Below are positions 16,547 through 25,788 of a DNA stretch of 64,000 bases, piece by piece (within the stretch, counting starts at the first letter, position 1; every line of letters starts with the position of its first letter). The DNA comes from a virus (lineage: Duplodnaviria > Heunggongvirae > Uroviricota > Caudoviricetes): the IMG/VR virus record IMGVR_UViG_3300027963_000050; one strand, given 5' to 3'. Below the pieces are notes generated by a model. The model saw only the letters and a list, made by a program, of their open reading frames with translations, ran no database searches and was not told the origin of the DNA. The position numbers and the translations under genes were made by a program.

Positions 16547-16579
16547 AAAGATTTATTTTGGTAAATTAAAATAATATTG

Positions 16580-16587
16580 TATCTTTG
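16580..16587 (+). promoter_or_regulatory. TAtcTTTG -7 box for the plus-strand cassette 16611..17163
   Basis: attgTAtcTTTGtaatc, 24 nt before the ATG at 16611. Confidence 0.4.
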
Positions 16588-16610
16588 TAATCTAATTAAA
16601 ATAATCAGTT

Positions 16611-16775
16611 ATGTCAAATACTATGTCAGTTGATTCATCAACATTCTCAAGATTAAAAAAAGAGTATCAAAATGCTGTGGCTAATTCTAATAACACCTTC
16701 ATTTTTGATGGTAATGAACTTCTAACCACCTACGCAAAATATCTAATCGAGTACTTAACCCCTATGTTTAAATAA
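16611..16775 (+). CDS. small hypothetical protein (54 aa)
   Basis: ATG 24 nt after the promoter box. The stop overlaps the next ATG (TAAAATG). Below the track size cut-off. Confidence 0.3.
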   Translation: MSNTMSVDSSTFSRLKKEYQNAVANSNNTFIFDGNELLTTYAKYLIEYLTPMFK

Positions 16776-16776
16776 A

Positions 16777-17163
16777 ATGGATGATTACCACGCAATTTAT
16801 GTAACAAAAGTTCTTCGTATTATTAAAAAGTATATGAAAAAACATCCTATAACCGGAATGGTTGAAATGCCTCAGTGGTTTCAATTTCATTATAAGGTTA
16901 AAGGGGTTAGATTTAAAAACGATTGCTATTCTTGGAATAGAGTTCTTTATGTTAATATTGAAGTGTCAGACAAATATTGGAGAATATTAAACCCTATCTC
17001 AGGAATTTCAGGATGGGGTCATTCACAATATTATATGTGGTCATCAAGAAGAAGAAACCAATATATTAGAGATTATGTGAAAAAAGATGTGGAAAAATCA
17101 ATTGGTTTATTTACAATCCCTATTAGAGTAGAGATTGGAACAATTAAGATGGTGGGAGAATAA
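16777..17163 (+). CDS. hypothetical protein (128 aa)
   Basis: ORF followed by a GGTGGG-N7-CCCACC terminator hairpin at 17148-17178. Confidence 0.45.
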   Translation: MDDYHAIYVTKVLRIIKKYMKKHPITGMVEMPQWFQFHYKVKGVRFKNDCYSWNRVLYVNIEVSDKYWRILNPISGISGWGHSQYYMWSSRRRNQYIRDYVKKDVEKSIGLFTIPIRVEIGTIKMVGE

Positions 17164-17178
17164 CCCACCATTTTTGTT
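17148..17178. terminator. intrinsic terminator hairpin (GGTGGG-agaataa-CCCACC-ATTTTTG)
   Basis: 6-bp GC stem plus T-run at the end of 16777..17163. Confidence 0.5.
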
Positions 17179-17191
17179 CTTTGACATATTG

Positions 17192-19120
17192 TTATAAGTT
17201 GTGTCTTTGTTTACCCGCATTGTAAATAGTTAAAACTTCTGAAGCCGTTAAAAGATTCTGATAACTTCTAATTACTGACATATAACCTTTAAAATAATTA
17301 ATACTTGAACCACTGTCTCTACCAATATTAACAATTGTACTACCACCATTAGTACATAGATTACCCGCATATGTTGATGATGTAGCAACGACAGAACCAT
17401 CTAAATAAAGAGTATAAGCACCCGCATAATCAAAAGTCATTGTCACATTATGCCAAACATTTAACGATATCACACCCCCTGCACCACTACCACCACCAAT
17501 ATAACTACCGGCAGTTGTATAAAAACTATAATAAAGACCCGAAGAAGAAACTCCAATTGACCATCCCGCAGATGTTGCTCCATACTTTATAATTGTATTT
17601 GAACCAACCGGTGTTGTATAAAGTTTAAACCAAATACTAATACTAAAATAACTACCTTGGTATGTCAAATGATAAGGTGACCCACAATCAATATAATTAT
17701 TTACACCATCAAAAGAAAATGATGTTCCGGCTTCTCTATGAGCAAGACCCATACCATTCATTAACGAACAATTATTAAGGTCAAAACCCATATCATATGC
17801 GGTAGTTGGAGTTATTACCCTTGTGTTTGTGTTTTCACCATCTAACCATAAATTTATAGTATAAGTATTCCCATTAATAAATCTTTGAAGTCCTGCATAA
17901 TAGTTTTGTAATATTTCAACAACTGAGAGTTGTCTGTTATATACCATAACATTTGCTATGTTACCAACCATTGCTTCGGTTGAAACTTCGGAGGATAATT
18001 TATAACCAACCGCCGAATCTAAAACACCCCCTAATGTAACTAATGACGCACCCAATTGTACACCATCAATATATATATAAGCATTTAAATTATTGAACAC
18101 CCCAACCATATTATACCAAACATTATTTGTAAAAGTTTTAGCTCTCGACAATACAAATGTACTACCACCCATTTTAAAAAAAAACTCAGCATTTGACCCA
18201 TTTTTTCTAATACAAGCAATTTCATTACCAACCGTCATAAATCTCATAATTGTATTGGGTTGAGAAGTAAATTTGAACCAAGCAGATACTGTAACACCAG
18301 CAGTTAAAGTCATTGCTGTGGAACCGGTTACGTGTTGATTATTTGAGGCAGCAAAAACTAACGAACCAAAATTACCTGAATCATATGTTGGCCCTGTATT
18401 AACAAATGTTCCATCATTACTATTTCCACTTAAATCTTTCCAAGTAGAACCTCCTTTAGGATATGATGGTGTAAATCCCGCGTCTAAATTAAGAGTTAAA
18501 CCACTTGCAACAATATTTGGATAATCTGTATTAACACAAAGTTTATCTGTTGATGTATTAAAATAATTCAAAGCATCATATTCTGTAGTTATACCAACAC
18601 CACCTAATTGAGTCGCGAAATAAATTAAATCACTTAGAGAGTTTGAAATATACATAGTCGGAGTACTTGTTCCATTACCAACATACACAACAGCACCATC
18701 TCGATTGCTTGGTGATTTTCCGTTCCAAAAACCTGTTGATGATGTTAAACCATATCCACCTTGATTAACACCAATAGCCCCATAGTTACTACTAACTATT
18801 ATAGGTAGGGTTGATACCACCGCATTTAAACAAATACCTTGTACACTTGCAGTACTAAGAGTACTAGCGTATAAAATATTGTTTTTATAATAATAAAGCC
18901 CAGTTAACCCACTAGCACAAAACGCATTTTGGAAAACACCTGAACCACTAAACAACACAACGTTATCCACTTGACCGGGACAAGGAGTTATACCCACAAT
19001 AACTTTGTTAGTAAAAGTTGCATTCCCACCAGTATTTCCTGTTGCAGAATTTATGTCAGTAGCACTAATTGTTGCCACATAACTATTACAAAATGTAGTA
19101 TTTTTAATTGGATACGCCAT
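17192..19120 (-). CDS. putative tail fibre / receptor-binding protein, ConA-like lectin domains (paralog of 14561..16204)
   Basis: 642 aa. Shares N-terminal IGVNQGGYGLTS.TGFWNGK and LT[IL].LD.G...YF motifs with 14561..16204. The 3' flank cgttctttgacatattgttataa is duplicated at 14532 and 17176. Confidence 0.5.
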   Translation of the reverse strand: MAYPIKNTTFCNSYVATISATDINSATGNTGGNATFTNKVIVGITPCPGQVDNVVLFSGSGVFQNAFCASGLTGLYYYKNNILYASTLSTASVQGICLNAVVSTLPIIVSSNYGAIGVNQGGYGLTSSTGFWNGKSPSNRDGAVVYVGNGTSTPTMYISNSLSDLIYFATQLGGVGITTEYDALNYFNTSTDKLCVNTDYPNIVASGLTLNLDAGFTPSYPKGGSTWKDLSGNSNDGTFVNTGPTYDSGNFGSLVFAASNNQHVTGSTAMTLTAGVTVSAWFKFTSQPNTIMRFMTVGNEIACIRKNGSNAEFFFKMGGSTFVLSRAKTFTNNVWYNMVGVFNNLNAYIYIDGVQLGASLVTLGGVLDSAVGYKLSSEVSTEAMVGNIANVMVYNRQLSVVEILQNYYAGLQRFINGNTYTINLWLDGENTNTRVITPTTAYDMGFDLNNCSLMNGMGLAHREAGTSFSFDGVNNYIDCGSPYHLTYQGSYFSISIWFKLYTTPVGSNTIIKYGATSAGWSIGVSSSGLYYSFYTTAGSYIGGGSGAGGVISLNVWHNVTMTFDYAGAYTLYLDGSVVATSSTYAGNLCTNGGSTIVNIGRDSGSSINYFKGYMSVIRSYQNLLTASEVLTIYNAGKQRHNL

Positions 19121-19380
19121 TATTCAATAAGAAATGGTGTTGACCACTCTAATGTAGATAGAATATCTAATATCTCATCATAGGTATAAGGACCTTCCTT
19201 TGTTGTTAATGTTGAAACACATTCCGGTGTTTCACCATCCCATTTAACAAACGTTTTGGTTTGGTCAACGGATTTTCTAACTGTTTCTTCAGATGTTTCT
19301 AATACTTTAGTAAAATCAATCTTGTTTAATTCTGATATGTTGAATATCATAAATTGTCTGTTTTCGTAATCTTGTGTCAT
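19120..19380 (-). CDS. hypothetical protein (86 aa)
   Basis: ORF. ATGA overlap with the upstream gene. Confidence 0.45.
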   Translation of the reverse strand: MTQDYENRQFMIFNISELNKIDFTKVLETSEETVRKSVDQTKTFVKWDGETPECVSTLTTKEGPYTYDEILDILSTLEWSTPFLIE

Positions 19381-19384
19381 AATA

Positions 19385-19780
19385 TTATCCTATATTTGCT
19401 GCTGTTATTCCTCTAACACCATAGTCAGGGAAATGTTTTTTGAAGAAGTCCTGAATCGCATATTTAAAGTGTCTTGACGCATAACCATAAGGTACAAATT
19501 TCACTAACATATCTTCTAATGAATAATCCCACCATATTTGCTCATTCTTTTTATCATACCTCATTAAATATTTATTATCGTTCTTGTCATTAAATAATAC
19601 TATTGTATCATCATTTTCACTATAAGCATTTATCTCCATACTTAAAAACTTAATCATAATTTTTTGCCACTTTGGATATTCCTCTTCATACTCTTGGTCA
19701 TAACGTTCCCTTGAGATATGAGCGTCTTTACCTTCGTCCATTATTGATTTGATTCTATCTATGTTCTCGTATAAATTCAT
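19385..19780 (-). CDS. leader-family-2 protein (MNLYENIDRIKSIM...)
   Basis: Internal Met at 19778-19780 with the 'aaattcat' context. Confidence 0.5.
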   Translation of the reverse strand: MNLYENIDRIKSIMDEGKDAHISRERYDQEYEEEYPKWQKIMIKFLSMEINAYSENDDTIVLFNDKNDNKYLMRYDKKNEQIWWDYSLEDMLVKFVPYGYASRHFKYAIQDFFKKHFPDYGVRGITAANIG

Positions 19781-19799
19781 TATAACTTTATTCTGTTTA

Positions 19800-20405
19800 T
19801 CACACACAAGAAACGAAACTAGTAACAGTTACAACTTGACCATTTTCATTTGTTACTGTACCATTATCACCGAAACCACAATTAGTTTCACTTAAAACCC
19901 CAAATCCTGTGTATGGTATTGTTAATTCTGGATTAGTGAATAGGTATGAACCAACAACTATTGTTTGGTCATTAGAATAAAATGTTACCGGAGTCTCATC
20001 ACAACAAGTTACATATGAAGTGAATGTGTATACTACTGTTGGATAACTATTCCAAAATCCGTTTGACGATAACCAATTTGAAGCATTTACAGCAGTAGAA
20101 AATGTTTGTGGATTACCGTAAACTCTTGAAACAATTTGAGCCCAATTAATAAATGAGCTGGGTGTTAAATCACTTCTATAAAACCCAACTGAAGCATAAA
20201 CACCCGATATAGGCGTTGGTTGAGTATTTCCCGAAACAGGTGCCGCAATTACATAACCTAACTCTTCATCAGGTCCGTTCCACCAAACAACACCACCACC
20301 CAAATCACGAGCGCCAATTGGGCCAATGGCTAATGTACCAACTTGAGTTGCAGAAGCAATTGGTGTTAATGAAGGATTATACGCGAAAGGTCTTGCTCTT
20401 GACAT
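19800..20405 (-). CDS. fibre-module protein sharing N-terminus (MSRARPFAYNP...WWNGPDEELGYVIAAPVSGNTQPTP) with 20433..22016
   Basis: 201 aa. N-terminal about 60 aa paralogous to the next gene. WWNGP motif related to FWNGK of the ConA-like genes. Confidence 0.5.
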   Translation of the reverse strand: MSRARPFAYNPSLTPIASATQVGTLAIGPIGARDLGGGVVWWNGPDEELGYVIAAPVSGNTQPTPISGVYASVGFYRSDLTPSSFINWAQIVSRVYGNPQTFSTAVNASNWLSSNGFWNSYPTVVYTFTSYVTCCDETPVTFYSNDQTIVVGSYLFTNPELTIPYTGFGVLSETNCGFGDNGTVTNENGQVVTVTSFVSCV

Positions 20406-20432
20406 AGTTATTTAATTTTATTTAATTTTATT

Positions 20433-22016
20433 TTATCTTACCCAATACCATATTATTCCCGGATTTGGCATACAACCTTCAACACCACAATTACCACTAA
20501 TCCAAGGTGCTGGGTTCCAACCCCCATTAGTAATTATAGTTCCCCACCATTCAGAGTTGTAAATATATGAAGTTGTTAATATACCACTATTATTACCACC
20601 ACGGTAAGGCATTATTTGTTCAATACTAGAACTACCATACTCCCAAGTACCAAATTTAATATCAAGAGTAATACTTGTTTGAGTGTTAGCTGTATGAACA
20701 AACGAATAAGATTGAGGTGCTGACCATATACCACCAAATTGGTTTCTTTCGTAAGCATCTATCATATATTGAAACGTTAATCCGGTGTCTTTAATATAAT
20801 CAGCATAAGCAACTATTGAATAGTTTTCACCATTTATAACAGGATTAAATTCATTTAATAATATAGAGTTTTCGTATGTCCAATCGTGAGTATCTTGATT
20901 TGTAACTAATAATGTCCATCCACCTCCATCTGTTGTCATATCAGCGTATATTTGGAATGGTGTTCCACCACTAATATTACCATTTACAATCCAATATAAA
21001 CCATCGGTTGATGCTGAAAAATTTGTTTTAATTTGAAGAGCATTATCACCCGCAGTTTGTGGTGTTGTACCATCTTTATATGAATGCCAATAACCGTGGT
21101 CGGTTAACCAAACACCCGCTAAAGTAGCGTTTGAAAAAGTTTGATTAAAATATTTGTTCACTAACGCAATAAATGTTGAGTCTTTAAATGGGTCGACTTG
21201 GTTTTTGGTTCCAATAAATTTAACTGACGCAGTTAGGTTTGAACCCAATAATGTATAACCTTCAGGTACACCATAAGTGGATGTGTTTAAAATTTCCATT
21301 GTACCAATGGTTCCCGGACAAAATGCAGGATAAATGTTTGTTAAACTAAAAGTACTTAATCCACTATTCCCTGATTCCGGAGTTTGGTCTATGTCATTAT
21401 TCCAATAACCACCATTTACTCTTATCCATACTTTAGTAGAACTACAATTTATTACAAAATCAACAATATCGTTGCTTACCCAAGTTGGTAATCCCGATAC
21501 TTCAACGGTTCCATTTTTCCAATAATGTCCAGCAACATCAACACCAATACTTTTATCATCATTACCAGGATAACCTAAAGGTCCTTCATAATTCATAGAT
21601 GATTTTCCAAAACCTATGAAAGCGGGTTCTCCAGGAAATGGAGAAGGGGGTTCTTGGTATTGAACACTAAACATAACTTTATCGTTATTATTTATCAATG
21701 TATTACCTAATACTGTTTGTTGTTTATTGGTGGGTTGATACGCAATTTGGTCAGAAGATAATATAATACTACTTCCTTTATAAACATTACTTAATGTTAA
21801 ATGTCCATCGGGAGCCCCACTAAATAATGGAGTTGGTTGAGTATTTCCCGAAACAGGAATTGCAATAACATATCCTTGCTCTTCATCAGGACCATTCCAA
21901 AATTGAGGTGAATCGGTAAATCCTGTTATTGGAGCACCAACGGCTAAATCACCAACTTGTATAGTACCACTTATTGGGTCTCCCGGATTATATGCGAATG
22001 GTCTTGCTTTAGACAT
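20433..22016 (-). CDS. fibre-module protein with fibrinogen-related-domain-like region (..YADMTTDGGGWTLLV..)
   Basis: 527 aa. The N-terminus is paralogous to 19800..20405. The internal PFQIYADMTTDGGGWTLL matches the FReD hallmark (DxDTDGGGWT[VL]). Confidence 0.5.
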   Translation of the reverse strand: MSKARPFAYNPGDPISGTIQVGDLAVGAPITGFTDSPQFWNGPDEEQGYVIAIPVSGNTQPTPLFSGAPDGHLTLSNVYKGSSIILSSDQIAYQPTNKQQTVLGNTLINNNDKVMFSVQYQEPPSPFPGEPAFIGFGKSSMNYEGPLGYPGNDDKSIGVDVAGHYWKNGTVEVSGLPTWVSNDIVDFVINCSSTKVWIRVNGGYWNNDIDQTPESGNSGLSTFSLTNIYPAFCPGTIGTMEILNTSTYGVPEGYTLLGSNLTASVKFIGTKNQVDPFKDSTFIALVNKYFNQTFSNATLAGVWLTDHGYWHSYKDGTTPQTAGDNALQIKTNFSASTDGLYWIVNGNISGGTPFQIYADMTTDGGGWTLLVTNQDTHDWTYENSILLNEFNPVINGENYSIVAYADYIKDTGLTFQYMIDAYERNQFGGIWSAPQSYSFVHTANTQTSITLDIKFGTWEYGSSSIEQIMPYRGGNNSGILTTSYIYNSEWWGTIITNGGWNPAPWISGNCGVEGCMPNPGIIWYWVR

Positions 22017-22081
22017 AATTGTTTTATTTATCTATAAATACTTCTTCAATTAAAATAATTGTGAGTTTTAAAAATATATTG

Positions 22082-22089
22082 TATCTTTG
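22082..22089 (+). promoter_or_regulatory. TAtcTTTG -7 box, ATG 5 nt downstream (near-leaderless)
   Basis: attgTAtcTTTGacgtATGaaa. Confidence 0.45.
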
Positions 22090-22093
22090 ACGT

Positions 22094-22414
22094 ATGAAAT
22101 TACTTGATTTTTTAGCCGTTAGATTGATTAGTAAAGACACTGCGAGTGCTGTGAAAGTGTATAATGCGTTATATAGCCAACCTCGTGTGGTATATAAACC
22201 TCAACCACAACCCAAACCAATTGTTAAAGTTGTAGAGAAAATTGTTTATGTTCCCGCACCTGCTCCGGTTGAACCTAAACCATCTCCAAAACCTGTTACT
22301 AAGAAAGAAGAATTGTTAGAGTCATTACAGTACCTCAACAATAAGAAATCTAAAACCAAACAAGATAGAGAGTCTATTGATATTATTAAATCAATTTTAA
22401 AGAATATGAAATAA
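22094..22414 (+). CDS. proline-rich hypothetical protein (106 aa)
   Basis: ORF with PQPQPKP / PAPAPVEPKPSPKP repeats. Confidence 0.45.
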   Translation: MKLLDFLAVRLISKDTASAVKVYNALYSQPRVVYKPQPQPKPIVKVVEKIVYVPAPAPVEPKPSPKPVTKKEELLESLQYLNNKKSKTKQDRESIDIIKSILKNMK

Positions 22415-22495
22415 TATTCTTTTTGCATTCCACTACGCATTGTGTAAAGTTATGCAAATGAAATATAATAAAAAATGTCCGTTATTAACGGACAT

Positions 22496-22831
22496 TTAAT
22501 CATAATCGTGTTTAGCAAGTATATAAACTTTATCAGCCTCTATTCTAATCCTATCTTTAAACCACCACCAAATAACTCTTTCAAGTTCTTCTTCACTAAA
22601 TGAAAATACTTTTAATGGTAACCACACATCTCTATAAACATACACAGCATCATTATTTTCCAACCATTTTAATACAATTTTACCGTCTTTATTTTTAAAA
22701 GTTATTCTATGATTACTAAATACAGAATCTTTATTTAAATCAACATCTTCACGAGTCAATTGATTTATTTTATCATCTAATATCTTATATGCTAATTGGT
22801 ATCTTTTATTCTCTGTTATTAGTATCTTCAT
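22496..22831 (-). CDS. leader-family-1 protein (MKILITENKRYQ...)
   Basis: Leader. First of four tandem family-1 genes on the minus strand. Confidence 0.6.
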   Translation of the reverse strand: MKILITENKRYQLAYKILDDKINQLTREDVDLNKDSVFSNHRITFKNKDGKIVLKWLENNDAVYVYRDVWLPLKVFSFSEEELERVIWWWFKDRIRIEADKVYILAKHDYD

Positions 22832-22833
22832 AA

Positions 22834-23223
22834 TTAAATGTAATCATTAGTTATTTGAGCAACTTCTAATCCTGAATTTTCTTCAAACCATTCCTTGAAT
22901 ACCGGTAACCATTTGTCACCAAATAAAGATGTTAATTTTTCACCAACCGAAGGATATACTAACAATAAAGGACATTTATAATTATGTAGGTGTCCGTAAC
23001 CCGCAAAAAATTCATCTTCCGGACCAGCATTGGCATTACACCCGTAATAGATATAAGAGTCTAAATCATTAATAAAAAAAACAAGGTCACCATACCTATC
23101 AACATCTTCTTGATAAGAGCCGTGTCTTGTGTTTTCATTCCACCCATAATCCGGATAATATGTATCATCCAAATACTTACGGATGATTTGATTAACTCTA
23201 TTCTCAGATATTATTATTTTCAT
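22834..23223 (-). CDS. leader-family-1 protein (MKIIISENRVNQ...)
   Basis: Leader. TAATTATG junction. Confidence 0.6.
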   Translation of the reverse strand: MKIIISENRVNQIIRKYLDDTYYPDYGWNENTRHGSYQEDVDRYGDLVFFINDLDSYIYYGCNANAGPEDEFFAGYGHLHNYKCPLLLVYPSVGEKLTSLFGDKWLPVFKEWFEENSGLEVAQITNDYI

Positions 23224-23527
23224 TTTTCATCATTTTACCTTCTAAACCCCAATCTGAAGCGTATTCATCAAGTTCAAGACCAAACATAGGGTTAAGTTGA
23301 GTCTTTATTTTCTTTAACGTATAACTTGGACTGTGAGTCATTTTACCGTCAATAAAACCAATATGTATTTTGGTTCTACTTATAATATTTTCACCTCGTT
23401 TGTTCTCACCACTAGCCAATTGAATTTGTTTTGTTTCAAAGGTCACTTTTCCCACCATAGGAAATGTAGTGAGAATATACTTCTCAATTAAATCATTTCT
23501 TCGTTCTTCTTTAATTAATATCTTCAT
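23204..23527 (-). CDS. leader-family-1 protein (MKILIKEERRND...)
   Basis: Leader variant. TAATG junction. Confidence 0.55.
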   Translation of the reverse strand: MKILIKEERRNDLIEKYILTTFPMVGKVTFETKQIQLASGENKRGENIISRTKIHIGFIDGKMTHSPSYTLKKIKTQLNPMFGLELDEYASDWGLEGKMMKNENNNI

Positions 23528-23850
23528 TAGTTTAATAATCCTTTATTTACGTGTTGGATAATATTAACCGGTAATTCAAATTTATCAGAAAACCATTCTT
23601 TAACCAACATTTTAACCTGATATGGTGTATAACTAAAATATATAATTGGTTTTATCACATCATCACAAATATATAATATCCCTGACATATAAAGCATTAT
23701 CACACCATCCCCATTACGATATTCAATACGTTTTTTCTCCCCCATTGAATCGGTCACATAATTTACATCCTCATACATACCGGAGAACTCCTTATCCAAT
23801 TCCTGTTTGGCTAATTTGTCCCTTTTATTTTCAGTTATTACTACTTTCAT
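23527..23850 (-). CDS. leader-family-1 protein (MKVVITENKRDK...)
   Basis: Leader. TAATG junction. Confidence 0.6.
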   Translation of the reverse strand: MKVVITENKRDKLAKQELDKEFSGMYEDVNYVTDSMGEKKRIEYRNGDGVIMLYMSGILYICDDVIKPIIYFSYTPYQVKMLVKEWFSDKFELPVNIIQHVNKGLLN

Positions 23851-24458
23851 TAGTTTCTGTTTCCAATATTATTTAATCGTGAGTTGTAAACACTTCTGTA
23901 TTTACTTTTGAGTTCATTATCCGGTAATTCTTCTAATTGATTTCTTCTATGTAATGTTTCCTTATCTAAATAATCAATCATTTCTTCTCTACTAATATTA
24001 TCCATATTAATCATCTGATAACATTTATTGAAATTGTCGTTAATTAATGTTTCATCAATTTCAAATTCAGGATGTCCCATTTCTTGTCCAAATTTGGTTG
24101 CGTATTTCTCATCATACCATTCGGTAATTACATTAAGAATAAAGGGTTGTCTAACCTGTAACATTTTGGATAAAAATTCAATCTCATTTTTATCAACATA
24201 TAAATCACCAGCAAAAAACTTTTCTTCATCACTTTCCTCATCACTAAAAAAATATTTTGCCTCCATAACCAATCTATCACCTTTACACCACTCCTCACTA
24301 TAATTTCCGTAATTATCTTCAGGCGGTGGAAGAACTCTTGATGTCTTTGAGATAAGTTTCTCCATATGTTTTATGATAACAGATTCAGCATTAACCCCAC
24401 CTTTAATGAATTTTCTACTAACCTCTTCTCTTAATATTTTTTTAATTAAATCTTTCAT
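23850..24458 (-). CDS. leader-family-3 protein (MKDLIKKILREEVSRKF...)
   Basis: N-terminal MKDLIKxILREE leader shared with 24458..24799 and 41424..42344. Confidence 0.55.
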   Translation of the reverse strand: MKDLIKKILREEVSRKFIKGGVNAESVIIKHMEKLISKTSRVLPPPEDNYGNYSEEWCKGDRLVMEAKYFFSDEESDEEKFFAGDLYVDKNEIEFLSKMLQVRQPFILNVITEWYDEKYATKFGQEMGHPEFEIDETLINDNFNKCYQMINMDNISREEMIDYLDKETLHRRNQLEELPDNELKSKYRSVYNSRLNNIGNRN

Positions 24459-24799
24459 TATTTACCGTTCTTAATTATTAATTCACCAAGTACCTCAATT
24501 AATCCAACCAACTTTTGGAATTCAACTTGTTCCATATTAACATCCTTAGACAAACCACACAGCTTATCAAGGTGTTCTTTGAATTCTTTTTTAGATTCGT
24601 TGATATCAAACTTACCTTCAGAAGCTTTCTTATAGTATGGTAATTTAACTCTAAAGTGGTGATAGGTTAACATAGATGCTCCACCCTTTTCTTTTGCGTT
24701 CTCAGTAATCTTTGACGCTCCGTCAAATCTCTTTTGAGCAAACTCCTCAAACTTGGATTGAGATTCTTCTCTTAATATTTGTTTAATTAAATCTTTCAT
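24458..24799 (-). CDS. leader-family-3 protein (MKDLIKQILREESQSKF...)
   Basis: Leader. TAATG junction. Confidence 0.55.
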   Translation of the reverse strand: MKDLIKQILREESQSKFEEFAQKRFDGASKITENAKEKGGASMLTYHHFRVKLPYYKKASEGKFDINESKKEFKEHLDKLCGLSKDVNMEQVEFQKLVGLIEVLGELIIKNGK

Positions 24800-24820
24800 A
24801 ATATATAAATATCCGGTAAA

Positions 24821-24853
24821 ATAAAAACCCCCACGTTTGTGAGGGTTATTGTT
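24821..24853. terminator. intrinsic terminator hairpin (CCCCCAC-gttt-GTGAGGG)
   Basis: A-tract/GC stem/T-rich, downstream of 24852..25046. Confidence 0.6.
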
Positions 24854-25046
24854 ATCTTATATCAATTTCGGTGTATTCATCATCGGCACCGTCATATTCT
24901 TCCTTTGTAGATTTGATTAAAACATACCCATTATCGGCAACATAATCCAACACTGCAACCTCATTCTCTGTATTAATCTCCATAGCAATATACCCCACAA
25001 GTTCTCCATCCGGAGTCTCTATCTTTGCGTAATTAAACTCTGTCAT
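24852..25046 (-). CDS. small acidic protein (64 aa)
   Basis: ORF rich in D/E. TAATG junction. Confidence 0.45.
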   Translation of the reverse strand: MTEFNYAKIETPDGELVGYIAMEINTENEVAVLDYVADNGYVLIKSTKEEYDGADDEYTEIDIR

Positions 25047-25381
25047 TATAATACTTCAGTTAGTATTCTCCATTCTACTAATTGATTCCCATCAAAGGTT
25101 ACCTCAACCGGTTTTCCCTTTAGTTTATCAACAGAGTCTACCTTAGCCTCCTTTAATAACTTTGAAACGTATCTCATTATTTCAGAGTAATGTACATCTC
25201 TCTGCGATTCAGTCCATTGTGTGTTTTCAGTCCATTTTATTTGTTCTGAATCCCAATTGGCTCTTGTATCTCCAACACCCCAACTTCCATTACCTAATGT
25301 AACGTGAAGACCTAACATCGCTCCTTGATAACCACCAAGACCAAAACTTACCGACTCAATTTTTCCTAATTTCTTTTCCAT
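25046..25381 (-). CDS. hypothetical protein (111 aa)
   Basis: ORF. TAATG junction. Confidence 0.5.
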   Translation of the reverse strand: MEKKLGKIESVSFGLGGYQGAMLGLHVTLGNGSWGVGDTRANWDSEQIKWTENTQWTESQRDVHYSEIMRYVSKLLKEAKVDSVDKLKGKPVEVTFDGNQLVEWRILTEVL

Positions 25382-25788
25382 TACTCTATTGATTTACTTA
25401 ATTTATCTATATACTCCTGAGCATCTTTCTCAATAAGATATACCCTCATATCATTCATAGCTTTTCTCAATCGTCTTGACTTATCACTAAATGGATTGTG
25501 ATACATCCAAAATGAAATTTCCCAAGCAGGTTTACCATCAATATGAGCTTTAGCGTATTCCTTGTCTGAGAATTGTAAAGTACCTTCATTTGTTGTTGGA
25601 TATTTTGGACTATAATAATCTACAAAACATCCACCCATTCCACACATAACTTCTCTTGTCCAAAGTTCTTTATCATTCTCTAATGACCCAATAATACGAT
25701 TAACATATTTTTCGTTAATCTCCTTCATAGTCAGATTCTTCATATCCTTCACTTTTTTTAATTGATGTAGGTTTTTCATACTCACCAA
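25381..25788 (-). CDS. hypothetical protein (start uncertain: M1, M16 or M21)
   Basis: ORF. Its 5' region overlaps the end of 25715..26236 unless an internal Met is used. Confidence 0.45.
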   Translation of the reverse strand: MVSMKNLHQLKKVKDMKNLTMKEINEKYVNRIIGSLENDKELWTREVMCGMGGCFVDYYSPKYPTTNEGTLQFSDKEYAKAHIDGKPAWEISFWMYHNPFSDKSRRLRKAMNDMRVYLIEKDAQEYIDKLSKSIE

